Origin: Nanobdellota archaeon | Lineage (GTDB): Archaea > Nanobdellota > Nanobdellia > JAAOXT01 | Reading direction: 5' to 3' | DNA: 62,443 nucleotides | Assembly (NCBI GenBank): GCA_018221045.1 | Contig: JAAOXT010000024.1 | Coordinates: forward strand, 1 to 62,443 | Shown here: piece by piece, positions 44,777 through 53,946 of the stretch | How the letters are laid out: the number at the start of each line of letters is the position of its first letter | Numbering within the stretch: the stretch's first letter is position 1 | Notes under the pieces: model-generated | Told to the model about the DNA's origin: nothing | What the model saw: the letters and a program-made list of their open reading frames with translations, nothing else | Databases searched by the model: none | Program-made: the position numbers and the translations under genes

Positions 44777-45416
44777 CGTATTCTATCTTAAAACTCATAG
44801 AACCATTGACTTACAACTACCCTTAACATCTGAACTAGGGAAGGAAAACCTTGAATCTCTCTTAATCGTGTTTGGCGAACGAATGGTAGAAAATATCAAC
44901 ACTCTCGACCCTATAGTTAGGGACGAAGAAGAACTAAAAAAAGTCAACGAGAAAAATATTCCGATATATTCTCGTTACAAACTATTGGAAATTATACTTT
45001 CAAAATCAGAAGCGGGCAAGCCCATGATTCTACAATTAAGGCCTAAAGACTACTTCAAACCGGGAGACCTGGTCCAGGCCTTCGTCTTCGAACCATTTGA
45101 AAGAAAAGTAAGGTTTGAACCAGACGAAGTTGAAAAGATAACTGAATATGATTACACGCAAGCCGTGGGCTTGAAAAAAAACGGAAGTCCTTACCTTTAC
45201 TCAATGTATCTGATGCACGATTGGGAGTTTAAATTCCTTAAACAAGACAAAAACTTCAGAAAATTATGGATTGATTACTCAAGACCTGTGGTCACGGACA
45301 ATGAAGACGTTCTTTACACAAGAATATTCCAGTTTTTTGAAGCAGAATTAAGAAAAGCTTCAGGAGAGAAAAAATTCGTTCTAAAACCGCCAAGAATTCT
45401 GGAGGGAGCAAGATGA
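44766..45416 (+). CDS. Hypothetical protein
   Basis: 216-aa ORF overlapping both neighbours (11 nt and 4 nt). Confidence 0.6.
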   Translation: MTSDVFYLKTHRTIDLQLPLTSELGKENLESLLIVFGERMVENINTLDPIVRDEEELKKVNEKNIPIYSRYKLLEIILSKSEAGKPMILQLRPKDYFKPGDLVQAFVFEPFERKVRFEPDEVEKITEYDYTQAVGLKKNGSPYLYSMYLMHDWEFKFLKQDKNFRKLWIDYSRPVVTDNEDVLYTRIFQFFEAELRKASGEKKFVLKPPRILEGAR

Positions 45417-46339
45417 AACAAATTGAATACGAAAAACGCATAAATGAATTGAAAAAGAAAAAGAACGCGATAATCTTAGCTCACAACTACCAAAGACCAG
45501 AAATACAAGAAATCGCGGACATAACCGGCGACTCCCTAGAACTCGCTAAAACTGTTCAAAAAATAAAACAAGACATAATCGTTTTCTGCGGAGTAAGCTT
45601 CATGGCAGAAACCGCCAAAATCCTCAACCCATCAAAAAAAGTTCTGCTCCCAGTAAAAGAAGCTGACTGCCCAATGGCAGAAATGGTTGACCTCAAAGAA
45701 CTCAGAAAAACAAAAAAAGGCGCAATCGTTTGTTACGTTAACACGACAGCTGAAACAAAAGCGTTAAGCGACGCGTGCTGCACTTCAAGCAACGCCAACC
45801 AAATAATCAAATCCCTCCCCAACAAAAAAATACTTTTAGTACCTGACAAAAACCTGGCGTACTTCCTGCAGAAACAAAACCCTGACAAAACGATAAAATC
45901 TTGGAAAGGTTACTGCCCTTACCACGACCAAATAACCAAAAAACAAGTAATCAACAAGAAAAAACAGCATCCCGACGCAGTCGTTATCTGTCACCCCGAA
46001 TGCAAACCAGAAGTTCAAGATGCATCAGACCACGTGTTATCCACAGGAGGAATGATTAAATTCTGCCAAAAGACCACTTACAATAAATTCATTATCATAA
46101 CGGAAACCGGGCTTCTTCACAGGCTCAAAAAAGACAGTCCAAACAAAAAATTTATACCCATAACAGAAAAATTCGTGTGTAAAGAAATGAAAATGACGCG
46201 GCTAAAAGACGTTCTCAACGCGCTGGAAAAAGAACAGCACGAAATAAAAGTTCCAGAACAAACCGCGCGAAAAGCAAGAAAAGCCCTAAAAAAAATGATA
46301 GGAGGAAAACAAAATGGCAATAAATCCAGAAGACCTTGA
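45413..46339 (+). CDS. nadA: Quinolinate synthase
   Basis: LAHNYQ, GDSL, FCGVSFMAE, ADCPMA, YVNT, CCTSSNA, CPYH, HPEC, CKEMK. Confidence 0.97.
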   Translation: MKQIEYEKRINELKKKKNAIILAHNYQRPEIQEIADITGDSLELAKTVQKIKQDIIVFCGVSFMAETAKILNPSKKVLLPVKEADCPMAEMVDLKELRKTKKGAIVCYVNTTAETKALSDACCTSSNANQIIKSLPNKKILLVPDKNLAYFLQKQNPDKTIKSWKGYCPYHDQITKKQVINKKKQHPDAVVICHPECKPEVQDASDHVLSTGGMIKFCQKTTYNKFIIITETGLLHRLKKDSPNKKFIPITEKFVCKEMKMTRLKDVLNALEKEQHEIKVPEQTARKARKALKKMIGGKQNGNKSRRP

Positions 46340-46697
46340 AAAAATAATAAAAAGAATAGAGAGAAAAGAAGAACCTTTAGTAGAAGAATTAATCGAACTT
46401 CTCAATCTTAAAATGAAAAAGAGCTACGAAAACAAACTAAAACTATCAAGAGTAACACTATGTGCTGACTCAAGCTACTTTGAGGTTGAAGTCCCCTTAG
46501 AATACGGCTCAGACGTTGTTGAAAAAGCGCTCCAAGAATACAGGGAAAAAGGGTGGACTGCAGGATACAAAGACGGAACAATAAGCTTCAGTAGCGAGGA
46601 GATAAAAAAACTGGAGAAAAAAAATCAGTTCAGTAGACCCTCAAGACTTCAAAGAGCATTAGAAGACAAAAAACTCGAATTGTTTAACTGGATGTGA
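46314..46697 (+). CDS. Hypothetical protein
   Basis: 127-aa ORF overlapping the nadA 3' end; GGAGG SD. Confidence 0.6.
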   Translation: MAINPEDLEKIIKRIERKEEPLVEELIELLNLKMKKSYENKLKLSRVTLCADSSYFEVEVPLEYGSDVVEKALQEYREKGWTAGYKDGTISFSSEEIKKLEKKNQFSRPSRLQRALEDKKLELFNWM

Positions 46698-46769
46698 AAA
46701 GTTATGGCAATGAGTCCAAGCGAAACTGTCAGATAGTTCAGCGACGGCGCGTTCGACTGGCACGGATGA

Positions 46770-47579
46770 CTAAAACCTGTCCCTGCAAGCAAAAGGAACC
46801 GCTTCGCCCAAATATCCCTTCAAAGCACTGCAAGGAATGACAGTTCCATCCCATTGAATAACGGTTTTTTCCAAACCGCAGTCACAAACCATTTCAGGAT
46901 TCGAAACAAAAGACTTAGAATAAGTGACCTTAATACCATCATCAGATAAGCTTTCGGCAAGAGAAGGTAAAGAAATGACTTGCTCCTCAGTCGGAGCTAT
47001 TACATCCCAGTTCTCCAACGCCCTACCCTGCTTAATCAACCTTAAAACATGCAGGTGAGGAATCATACTAGGACAACCCTTCTTAAGATGATACAATTCA
47101 GTTACAAGATCTTCAAGCCCTTCAAAGACCTGTTTAGTGAGAACGCACTCAAAACTATAAGCAACGTTAAAAGGTTCCATCCAAACAGCCGAAGAATTCA
47201 ACAACTTTGACCAACTACCTTCAGTTGAAGTAATGAAATCATGAGAATACATACCATGCATAGAAAAAACTACTTCATCAATAAAAGAAGAACAATCCTC
47301 AATTAATCCATATGGAATACTCTTATCATAGTAAACACCAGAAGAAAGAACCTGAACATTTCGATCCACACCCTTTGCCATGCTTAAAATCTCAACAATT
47401 TGCGGATGCTCAAAAGGCTCTCCCCCAGAAAACCTGACTTTTCCAAACTCAGGGAAACTTTCAAGAACTCTTTCAACATGACTTGAAAGCATAAAAACCC
47501 CCTCCTTAACAGATTCAGTGGAACAATGAATACAGTCCAGAGAACACTGATTCGTCAATTCAATCGTCAATTCCCTCAC
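46770..47579 (-). CDS. Radical SAM protein with a short twitch/SPASM-like C-terminus
   Basis: CSLDCIHC, SGGEP, CDCG..IQWDGTVIPC...ACR. Confidence 0.85.
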   Translation of the reverse strand: MRELTIELTNQCSLDCIHCSTESVKEGVFMLSSHVERVLESFPEFGKVRFSGGEPFEHPQIVEILSMAKGVDRNVQVLSSGVYYDKSIPYGLIEDCSSFIDEVVFSMHGMYSHDFITSTEGSWSKLLNSSAVWMEPFNVAYSFECVLTKQVFEGLEDLVTELYHLKKGCPSMIPHLHVLRLIKQGRALENWDVIAPTEEQVISLPSLAESLSDDGIKVTYSKSFVSNPEMVCDCGLEKTVIQWDGTVIPCSALKGYLGEAVPFACRDRF

Positions 47580-47613
47580 AATTTTTAAAATAATACAATA
47601 CTAAAATTTAAAT

Positions 47614-47634
47614 TAAACGTAAACCATACACTAA
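47614..47634. promoter_or_regulatory. Candidate NrtR autoregulatory operator
   Basis: TAAACGT-AAACCAT-ACACTAA (reverse complement TTAGTGT-ATGGTTT-ACGTTTA), directly after TATA-like TTTAAAT at 47607-47613. Confidence 0.55.
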
Positions 47635-47640
47635 GACTAA

Positions 47641-48306
47641 ATGACAAGAATTTTCGAAAGACCCTCAGTGACCGCAGACATAGTTGTTTTCACCACACAA
47701 AACAATGAACTAAAAGTCCTGCTAATCAAAAGAGGGAGCACGCCGTTCAAAGACCACTGGGCATTACCAGGAGGGTTCATCAACAAAGGAGAATCAATTG
47801 AACAAGCAGCCAAACGCGAACTCCAAGAAGAAACAGGAGTCAAAAACGTTTACCTAGAACAATTATACACTTTTGGCAAACCAAAAAGGGACCCTCGAGG
47901 CAGAATAATCACTGTGTCCTACTACGCCCTGATAAAATCAAAAGGGGTTAAACTGGAGGCAAGAGAGGACGCTGCGGAAGCCAAATGGTTCCCCGCGTAC
48001 AAGCTGCCAGAACTCGCTTTCGACCACCAAGAAATTATTGAATACGCAAAACAAAGACTCCAATGGAAGCTCGAGTACACGACAGTCGGGTTCCAACTCC
48101 TCCCAAACGAGTTCACGCTAACAGAACTCCAAAAAATTTACGAAATAATCCTGAACAAGAAATTTGACAAAAGAAACTTCAGAAAAAAAATAAATTCCCT
48201 AGACTTATTGAAATACGCTGGCAAAATGACCAGAAAAGTGGCTCACAGGCCAGCCAAACTCTACACTCTCAAAAAAAGAATCGGGGAAATAGTAGAAATC
48301 CTATAA
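47641..48306 (+). CDS. nrtR: NrtR-type regulator (Nudix hydrolase plus C-terminal wHTH)
   Basis: RPSVTADIV, WALPGGF, intact Nudix box G-x5-E-x7-RELQEETGV, RDPRGR, LAFDH, FTLTELQKIYE...DKRNFRKK...RPAKLY. Confidence 0.88.
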   Translation: MTRIFERPSVTADIVVFTTQNNELKVLLIKRGSTPFKDHWALPGGFINKGESIEQAAKRELQEETGVKNVYLEQLYTFGKPKRDPRGRIITVSYYALIKSKGVKLEAREDAAEAKWFPAYKLPELAFDHQEIIEYAKQRLQWKLEYTTVGFQLLPNEFTLTELQKIYEIILNKKFDKRNFRKKINSLDLLKYAGKMTRKVAHRPAKLYTLKKRIGEIVEIL

Positions 48307-48813
48307 TATCTTACCCAAAGAGCTTATCTTGGTTTGAAGCTCTTCAGCGAACTTCATCGCCTTACTGGCAATCACTTCCTTATTCTTCCCAGAACAAATA
48401 TACGTGTTAAGAACCACTTCAGCACCCTTATCCTCTAATCGAGCGATTAAAGCATCAACCCCTTGAGAATAATCCGCGCCACCAGTGAAAACAATAGCGA
48501 CTTTCTTGCCCTTAAAATCGTTCTCTTCAACAAAAGTGCTAACAGGAGGTGCATGAACACCAATCCAAACAGGGCTGCCAATAACAACCAGACCATAATC
48601 ACCCAAATCATGCTTCAACGATTTCAACTTCGGCTTCCTATTAAACAATGAAATCAAACTGCAAGCAATTGTCGATAAAATCCCTTTAAACTTGGGGTAA
48701 GGTTTATCCGGCTCAAGCATTTCAAGCTCGCCAAACAACTCCTTAGAAATAATGTTAAGAACAAACTTTGTTTTTCCTGTTAACGAAAAACCAACACACA
48801 AAACTTTCATCAA
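48301..48813 (-). CDS. Flavodoxin-like protein
   Basis: FSLTGKT, YGLVVIGSPVWIG..APPV, KGKKVAIVFTGG. Confidence 0.8.
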   Translation of the reverse strand: MMKVLCVGFSLTGKTKFVLNIISKELFGELEMLEPDKPYPKFKGILSTIACSLISLFNRKPKLKSLKHDLGDYGLVVIGSPVWIGVHAPPVSTFVEENDFKGKKVAIVFTGGADYSQGVDALIARLEDKGAEVVLNTYICSGKNKEVIASKAMKFAEELQTKISSLGKIL

Positions 48814-48955
48814 AAATAAAGAAAGAGAAACCTTGTTTTAAACTTTATCCTAAAAAACGAGAAGAACTATAAATTTATTCAATATTGACTAAAATAGAAG
48901 ATAGTACTACATAATAGAAAATATTATAAAGTATTACATCTCTTAATGGAGGAAA

Positions 48956-49390
48956 ATGACAGGCGCCAAATCATTCATTATAGGAGACCAAACATCAATT
49001 CAGCAATACGGGGAGGGGAGGAAGCAGTACAAGAATGCTATGGATTGTTATTATCTTGCAAGACACAACAAAGGCAGAACTGTATGCAAGATTGTAGATG
49101 GCGATGATAACCCCTTATCTTGCGGTACTGAAAAAAGAAGTTCGGATAATGGAGGCTACATAGACCTTTCAGCGGAAAGCGTTGCAATGGAAAGTTTGGG
49201 AGAAAATCCCTGTCTTAAAAAAGGAACACTTTATCTCGCTAGGATAAACGGAGAAGGAATCTTTGAAACAAGCTTTGAAACGCATCACGCGAGAGAACTT
49301 AAAGAGCTTGGGCTGGAGTGTATTTGCATTATTACAGGAAGGCCACCTGAAAGACCTTTGGTTATGACAATAGAAGAATTCTTAAAATAA
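48956..49390 (+). CDS. Deaminase-fold protein with degenerate zinc ligands
   Basis: Resembles the dCMP/cytidine deaminase fold, but DLSAE replaces HAE; GTLYLAR is present and PCxxC is absent. Confidence 0.45.
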   Translation: MTGAKSFIIGDQTSIQQYGEGRKQYKNAMDCYYLARHNKGRTVCKIVDGDDNPLSCGTEKRSSDNGGYIDLSAESVAMESLGENPCLKKGTLYLARINGEGIFETSFETHHARELKELGLECICIITGRPPERPLVMTIEEFLK

Positions 49391-49828
49391 TCAAAGATAT
49401 TCCCTGTCAAGAACCAGTTCGCTCCTTACTTCTTGAACGCCGGGAACCACTTTTATTTTTTCGTTCAAGTCATTCAAATACTTCAATGTCTCTGTTCTGC
49501 AAATAGCTATTATATTCCAGTTGCTCTGAACATGAATCAACTCTTTCAATTCACCAAACTTTTTTAGCTCTTGAGCAACGCTTCTCCCGTCATCGTCTTC
49601 AGAAGTGTTTATGTAAAACAAAACTGTGAAGGGCTCGCCAATTCTTTCAGGGCTGAGAATTGCTCGATAACCCTTAATGATCCCCTCCGTTTCAAACTGT
49701 TTTCTCTTCCTGAAAACCGTGCTGATAGGAACACCTGTCGCAGCACTAATATCCTTCACGCTGGCACCACCTTTTTTTTCCAACAAGCGCAAAATTTTTA
49801 AGTCCCTTCTGGTAATTCTCATGCTCAA
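49391..49828 (-). CDS. Lrp/AsnC-family transcriptional regulator
   Basis: RDLKILRLLEK...VPISTVFRKRKQFETEGIIKGY. Confidence 0.9.
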   Translation of the reverse strand: MSMRITRRDLKILRLLEKKGGASVKDISAATGVPISTVFRKRKQFETEGIIKGYRAILSPERIGEPFTVLFYINTSEDDDGRSVAQELKKFGELKELIHVQSNWNIIAICRTETLKYLNDLNEKIKVVPGVQEVRSELVLDREYL

Positions 49829-49938
49829 ACTGAGAGAAAATCGCGTTTAAATAATTATTTATTCCAACATTTTATACCACTTACTAGTTAAACAAAACGT
49901 TTATAAAACGATATGATGTTTGTTAGAAAACATTTAAG

Positions 49939-50418
49939 ATGAACGAGAAGAAATCTGAAACAAAACTTATTGTCCGTATAGTTGGCAGGGACGTTGACGG
50001 GCTGAAACCCGTGGAAAGAGCCATCTGGAAGATAAAAGGTGTTTCTTTCATGTTTGCCAATGCGATTGTGAAAAAATCCGGTGTTTCAGGCAAGAAGGTC
50101 GGAGACCTTAATGAAAAAGAATTACAAAAAATAGAGGATATCATAACTAACCCTGATAAATACGGCATTCCTGAATGGTTATACAACCGAAGGAAGGACG
50201 TTAAAACCGGAGAAGATTCTCACTTGCTCGAAGCAAAACTGGAAATCCAGAAAAAATTTGATGTCAGAAGGCTGATGGAAATCAAGTCAAGACGTGGTCT
50301 AAGACACTCTCAAGGCTTAAAGGTTAGGGGTCAAAGAACCAAAGCCCACCCAAGAAGAGGGGCGTCAGTTGGAGTGAGAAGGAAAAAACAACAACCAAGC
50401 AAAGGGAGTAAAAAGTAA
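49939..50418 (+). CDS. rps13: 30S ribosomal protein S13 (uS13)
   Basis: IKGVS, IPEWLYNRRKD, RHSQGLKVRGQRTK. Confidence 0.97.
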   Translation: MNEKKSETKLIVRIVGRDVDGLKPVERAIWKIKGVSFMFANAIVKKSGVSGKKVGDLNEKELQKIEDIITNPDKYGIPEWLYNRRKDVKTGEDSHLLEAKLEIQKKFDVRRLMEIKSRRGLRHSQGLKVRGQRTKAHPRRGASVGVRRKKQQPSKGSKK

Positions 50419-50419
50419 A

Positions 50420-50890
50420 ATGGGGGATCCTCGAAGACTTAAAAAAAAGTACGAAAAACCTTTACAGGCTTGGAACAAATCTAAAATCATTAAAGACGCT
50501 GAACTCAAAAGTAAATATGGTTACAAGAATAAAAAAGAGCTATGGAAGATGGAGTCCATCTTGAGAACGTTCAGGAAACTGGCCAGAAACCTGATTGCCC
50601 GCAAAGGAGAACCTCAATCCATAAGGGAATCAGAGCAAATCCTTGGAAGACTCAAAAGAATAGGGTTGCTTCAAGACGGAGCTGTTCTCGAAGACATTCT
50701 GGCACTGAAAGTAGAGGAATTAATGGAGAGAAGGATTCAAACAGTAATCTTAAGAAAAGACTTGGCTCACTCAATAAAACACGCGCGACAATTAATAGTG
50801 CACGGTCACGTCCTGATCGGGGAAAAACCAATCACGAGCCCTTCATTCATCATTAAAAAAGAAGATGATAACAAGGTGGTGATCAAATAA
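50420..50890 (+). CDS. rps4: 30S ribosomal protein S4 (uS4)
   Basis: MGDPRRLKKKYEKP, YGYKNKKE, ERRIQT, ARQLIVHGH. Confidence 0.97.
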   Translation: MGDPRRLKKKYEKPLQAWNKSKIIKDAELKSKYGYKNKKELWKMESILRTFRKLARNLIARKGEPQSIRESEQILGRLKRIGLLQDGAVLEDILALKVEELMERRIQTVILRKDLAHSIKHARQLIVHGHVLIGEKPITSPSFIIKKEDDNKVVIK

Positions 50891-51301
50891 ATGGTTGAGG
50901 ATAAGAAAAAAGAAAAAGGGATTTGGGCGGTTGCTCACATATACTCGTCTTACAATAATACGATAGTTCATATCACTGACATGACAGGTTCCGAAACTTT
51001 CGCAAAAGCTAGTGGAGGAATGATTGTGAAACAGTCCAGGCTCGAATCATCTCCCAGCACTGCCATGGCGGTGGCTAGCAAAGCCGCGGAAGAAGCTAAA
51101 TCCAAAGGAATTATTGGAGTGCGAATCGAGATAAGAGCGCCTGGAGGCCATAACGGCCCGAAATACCCTGGTCCAGGAGCTCAGTCAGCGATAAGAGCTC
51201 TTGCCAGAGCAGGGTTGAGAATAGGCGTGATAGAAGATGTTACACCAATTCCTCACGACGGGTGCAGGAAAAAAGGTGGTAGAAGGGGGAGAAGAGTATG
51301 A
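50891..51301 (+). CDS. rps11: 30S ribosomal protein S11 (uS11)
   Basis: [33 protein letters not shown]. Confidence 0.98.
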   Translation: MVEDKKKEKGIWAVAHIYSSYNNTIVHITDMTGSETFAKASGGMIVKQSRLESSPSTAMAVASKAAEEAKSKGIIGVRIEIRAPGGHNGPKYPGPGAQSAIRALARAGLRIGVIEDVTPIPHDGCRKKGGRRGRRV

Positions 51302-52098
51302 AATTAGATGTAAAACTGATTCAAAAAGAAAAAAATAAGTTAAAACTGCTCATAAGCGGGGTCACCCCGCAATTCGCTAACGCGATTAGAAGAACGATAA
51401 TGACTTCTGTTCCAACAATGGCCATGGAAGACTTAGAGATAACGCAGAACTCTTCAGTGCTTTACGACGAAATGCTCGGGTTAAGGTTAGGGCTCGTGCC
51501 ACTAAAAACTGACTTGAAAAGCTACAATTTCGTGAAAGACTGCACCTGCAAAGGAAAAGGGTGCGCTAAATGCACTGCCACACTTTCATTAAAAATCAAA
51601 GGACCTAAAACCGTTCTCGCTTCAGACATGATTCCAAGCGACCCTAAAATCAAACCAATCTACCCTGAAACAATCATAAACTTTCTGCAAAAAGGACAAG
51701 AAATCATTCTTAACGCGAAAGCAGTGCTCGGAACAGGCTCGGAACACGCGAAATGGAATCCTGGAACCGCCAGTTATAGATACTACCCAATCATCAAAAT
51801 CGACCAGAAAAAAGCTAAGGCCTGCAAGACCAAGAACTGCGTTAAAGCCTGTCCCAAAAACATACTCCAATCAACTAAAACAGGCATAACAGTCGATAAA
51901 AAAAAACTGTTAGACTGCGACCTATGCCTATCATGCATGGAAGCATGCGACTGCAACGCTTTAATTGTTGAAGGAGATGACACGAAATTCATTTTCGAAA
52001 TCGAATCATGGGGACAACTGCCCGTCAAAGAAATACTGCTAAAAGCAAAGGAAATACTTAAAAAAGAGTTTTCAGAATTACAAAGTAGCATCAAATAG
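51298..52098 (+). CDS. rpoD: RNA polymerase subunit D (Rpo3) with an Fe-S domain
   Basis: [25 protein letters not shown], CxxxxCxxxCP/CDLCLSC. Confidence 0.96.
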   Translation: MKLDVKLIQKEKNKLKLLISGVTPQFANAIRRTIMTSVPTMAMEDLEITQNSSVLYDEMLGLRLGLVPLKTDLKSYNFVKDCTCKGKGCAKCTATLSLKIKGPKTVLASDMIPSDPKIKPIYPETIINFLQKGQEIILNAKAVLGTGSEHAKWNPGTASYRYYPIIKIDQKKAKACKTKNCVKACPKNILQSTKTGITVDKKKLLDCDLCLSCMEACDCNALIVEGDDTKFIFEIESWGQLPVKEILLKAKEILKKEFSELQSSIK

Positions 52099-52182
52099 GC
52101 GGGGGTGCTGGAGTGGTCAAACAGGCAAGGTTGAGGGCCTTGTGGCTTAGTGCCTGCGCGGGTTCGAACCCCGTCCCTCGCA
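52099..52182 (+). tRNA. tRNA-Leu (anticodon GAG)
   Basis: Acceptor GCGGGGG/CCCTCGC plus A; anticodon arm CAAGG-TTGAGGG-CCTTG; T arm GCGGG-TTCGAAC-CCCGT; conserved position after rpoD. Confidence 0.95.
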
Positions 52183-52206
52183 CTCCAAAAAAAAGGAAAA
52201 AAACAA

Positions 52207-52560
52207 ATGGTTAAAAGAACTGGACCAACAAACAAGGAACTGAAAGAGACTATCCTAGCCTTAAAAAGAACCAAAAAAACGGTTTGGAAAAGAGTGGCTG
52301 AAATGCTCGAAAAACCTTCCAGGCAGAGAAAAACCCTTAACATACGAGACATTGACAAAAACGCCAAGAAAGGGGATACAATAATTGTTCCAGGCAAAGT
52401 CCTAAGCGAAGGCCTTCCCTCAAAAAAATTCTCTGTAAGCGCCTGGCAGTTCTCCAGCCTAGCCGAAGAAAAACTCAAGAAAGCAAATTGCGACGTGCTA
52501 AGCATTCACGAAATAATTAAAAAAAATCCTAATGGCAAAAAAGTGAGGATATTCGGATGA
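52207..52560 (+). CDS. rpl18e: 50S ribosomal protein L18e
   Basis: MVKRTGPTN, VPGKVLSEG; true start ATG 52207 (the ORF-track extension overlaps the tRNA). Confidence 0.95.
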   Translation: MVKRTGPTNKELKETILALKRTKKTVWKRVAEMLEKPSRQRKTLNIRDIDKNAKKGDTIIVPGKVLSEGLPSKKFSVSAWQFSSLAEEKLKKANCDVLSIHEIIKKNPNGKKVRIFG

Positions 52561-52979
52561 AAACAATCATAATCAACGCTGAAGACACGGTTCTTGGAAG
52601 ACTGGCTTCATACGCCGCCAAACAAGCAAGAGAAGGAAACCAAATCAGAATAATAAACGCTGAAAAAGCCATAATCACTGGCTCCAAAGAAAACATTCGC
52701 GAAAAATACAAGATAAGAAGGGAGCGCGGAGACGTTTACAAAGGACCTTTCTTCCCAAGAACAGTCATAGGACTCGTCAAAAGAAGCGTTCGAGGAATGC
52801 TCCCCTACAAAAAAGATGCCGGCAGAAAAGCTTTATCACGAGTAAAAGTTTACAAAGGATTTCCCGGAGAAATAAAGGGAGAGCCCATCATCCTTAAAGA
52901 ATTCACAAGCCAAAAACTTAAAAACCCCAAAAAAATGAGTGTAGGAGAACTGTGCAAATGGTTAGGAAGCAAAAAGTAA
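52557..52979 (+). CDS. rpl13: 50S ribosomal protein L13 (uL13)
   Basis: INAEDTVLGRLAS, RSVRGMLPYK. Confidence 0.96.
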   Translation: MKTIIINAEDTVLGRLASYAAKQAREGNQIRIINAEKAIITGSKENIREKYKIRRERGDVYKGPFFPRTVIGLVKRSVRGMLPYKKDAGRKALSRVKVYKGFPGEIKGEPIILKEFTSQKLKNPKKMSVGELCKWLGSKK

Positions 52980-53380
52980 AACCCTCAGGTATCCACGTGT
53001 CAAGCAAGAGAAAAATGGCGGTAGCCAGGGCAACCCTCAAAAAAGGCAAAGGAGTTGTAAGAATCAATTCGTTCAACTTGAACAATTTCGGCACCCTATT
53101 ATCAAGAGAAAGGATAAGGGAGGCGTTAACGCTTGCAAAACCGTTTTCAGACGAGGTCGACATAAAAATCAGTGTTCAAGGCGGGGGCTGGAGCGCTCAA
53201 TCAGAAGCCGTGCGAGCAGTCATTGCTAAAACACTCGTTATATACTCGAAAAGCGATGAACTCAAAAAAAAATACTTATCATATGACAGGCACTTATTAG
53301 TAGCTGACACGAGAAGAACAGAACCCCAAAAGCCTTACAGGTCAGCCGCAAGAAAGAAAAGAATGACAAGCAAGAGGTAA
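52958..53380 (+). CDS. rps9: 30S ribosomal protein S9 (uS9)
   Basis: KRKMAVARA, VQGGGWSAQ, YDRHLLVAD. Confidence 0.95.
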   Translation: MVRKQKVKPSGIHVSSKRKMAVARATLKKGKGVVRINSFNLNNFGTLLSRERIREALTLAKPFSDEVDIKISVQGGGWSAQSEAVRAVIAKTLVIYSKSDELKKKYLSYDRHLLVADTRRTEPQKPYRSAARKKRMTSKR

Positions 53381-53391
53381 AAAAAAACAAG

Positions 53392-53589
53392 ATGATTATC
53401 CCTATAAGATGTTTCACGTGCGGAAAACCAGTAAGCCACCTATGGAAAGAATACACTGAAAGAACTGGCAAAGGCGAGAACAAAGGAAAAGTCATGGATG
53501 ACTTAGGATTAAACAGGTACTGCTGCAGAGCCTTATTCGTCGGCCACGTTGACCTAATAGACGTGGTATCAAGATTTAAAAAAGGGTAA
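53392..53589 (+). CDS. rpoN: RNA polymerase subunit N (Rpo10)
   Basis: MIIPIRCFTCG...RYCCR. Confidence 0.97.
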   Translation: MIIPIRCFTCGKPVSHLWKEYTERTGKGENKGKVMDDLGLNRYCCRALFVGHVDLIDVVSRFKKG

Positions 53590-53606
53590 ACCTTTTACAA
53601 GGAAAC

Positions 53607-53679
53607 GGGGCTGTAGTCTAGCTTGGCAGGATTCGAGGTTTGGGACCTTGCGACCCCAGTTCAAATCTGGGCAGCCCCA
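53607..53679 (+). tRNA. tRNA-Pro (anticodon TGG)
   Basis: Acceptor GGGGCTG/CAGCCCC plus A; anticodon arm CGAGG-TTTGGGA-CCTTG; T loop TTCAAAT. Confidence 0.95.
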
Positions 53680-53730
53680 CTCACACACAACACAACAAAA
53701 AAAAAAGAATCGTTAAAGTTTTAAAAAAAA

Positions 53731-53946
53731 ATGGGAAGAACCAAAAAAATCGGTACGGCAGGAAGATTTGGAGCTAGGTACGGTAAAAAAACCAAGGACA
53801 AGCTAATCAAGATAGAGAAAAAACAGAGAATGAAGCATGAATGCCCTTCATGCCAGAAAAAAACTTTGAAAAGGGAGGCGAGCGGTATATGGCTTTGCAC
53901 AAAATGCGATTACAAAATGGCAGGCAAAGCGTACACGCCCAAATAA
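53731..53946 (+). CDS. rpl37ae: 50S ribosomal protein L37ae (eL43)
   Basis: AGRFGARYG, CPSC, GIWLCTKC, AGKAY. Confidence 0.96.
   Translation: MGRTKKIGTAGRFGARYGKKTKDKLIKIEKKQRMKHECPSCQKKTLKREASGIWLCTKCDYKMAGKAYTPK

Noticed and set aside
46660-46772. Amber (TAG) readthrough extending the radical SAM protein
   Set aside because: The frame stays open about 36 codons past the TAG, but it overlaps a convergent gene, adds no SPASM-type Cys motif, and no pyl genes are in the window.
42403-49828. Integrated element at the tRNA-Ser 3' end
   Set aside because: The skew flips there and the genes are accessory, but I found no duplicated tRNA 3' end (att site), integrase or viral genes.
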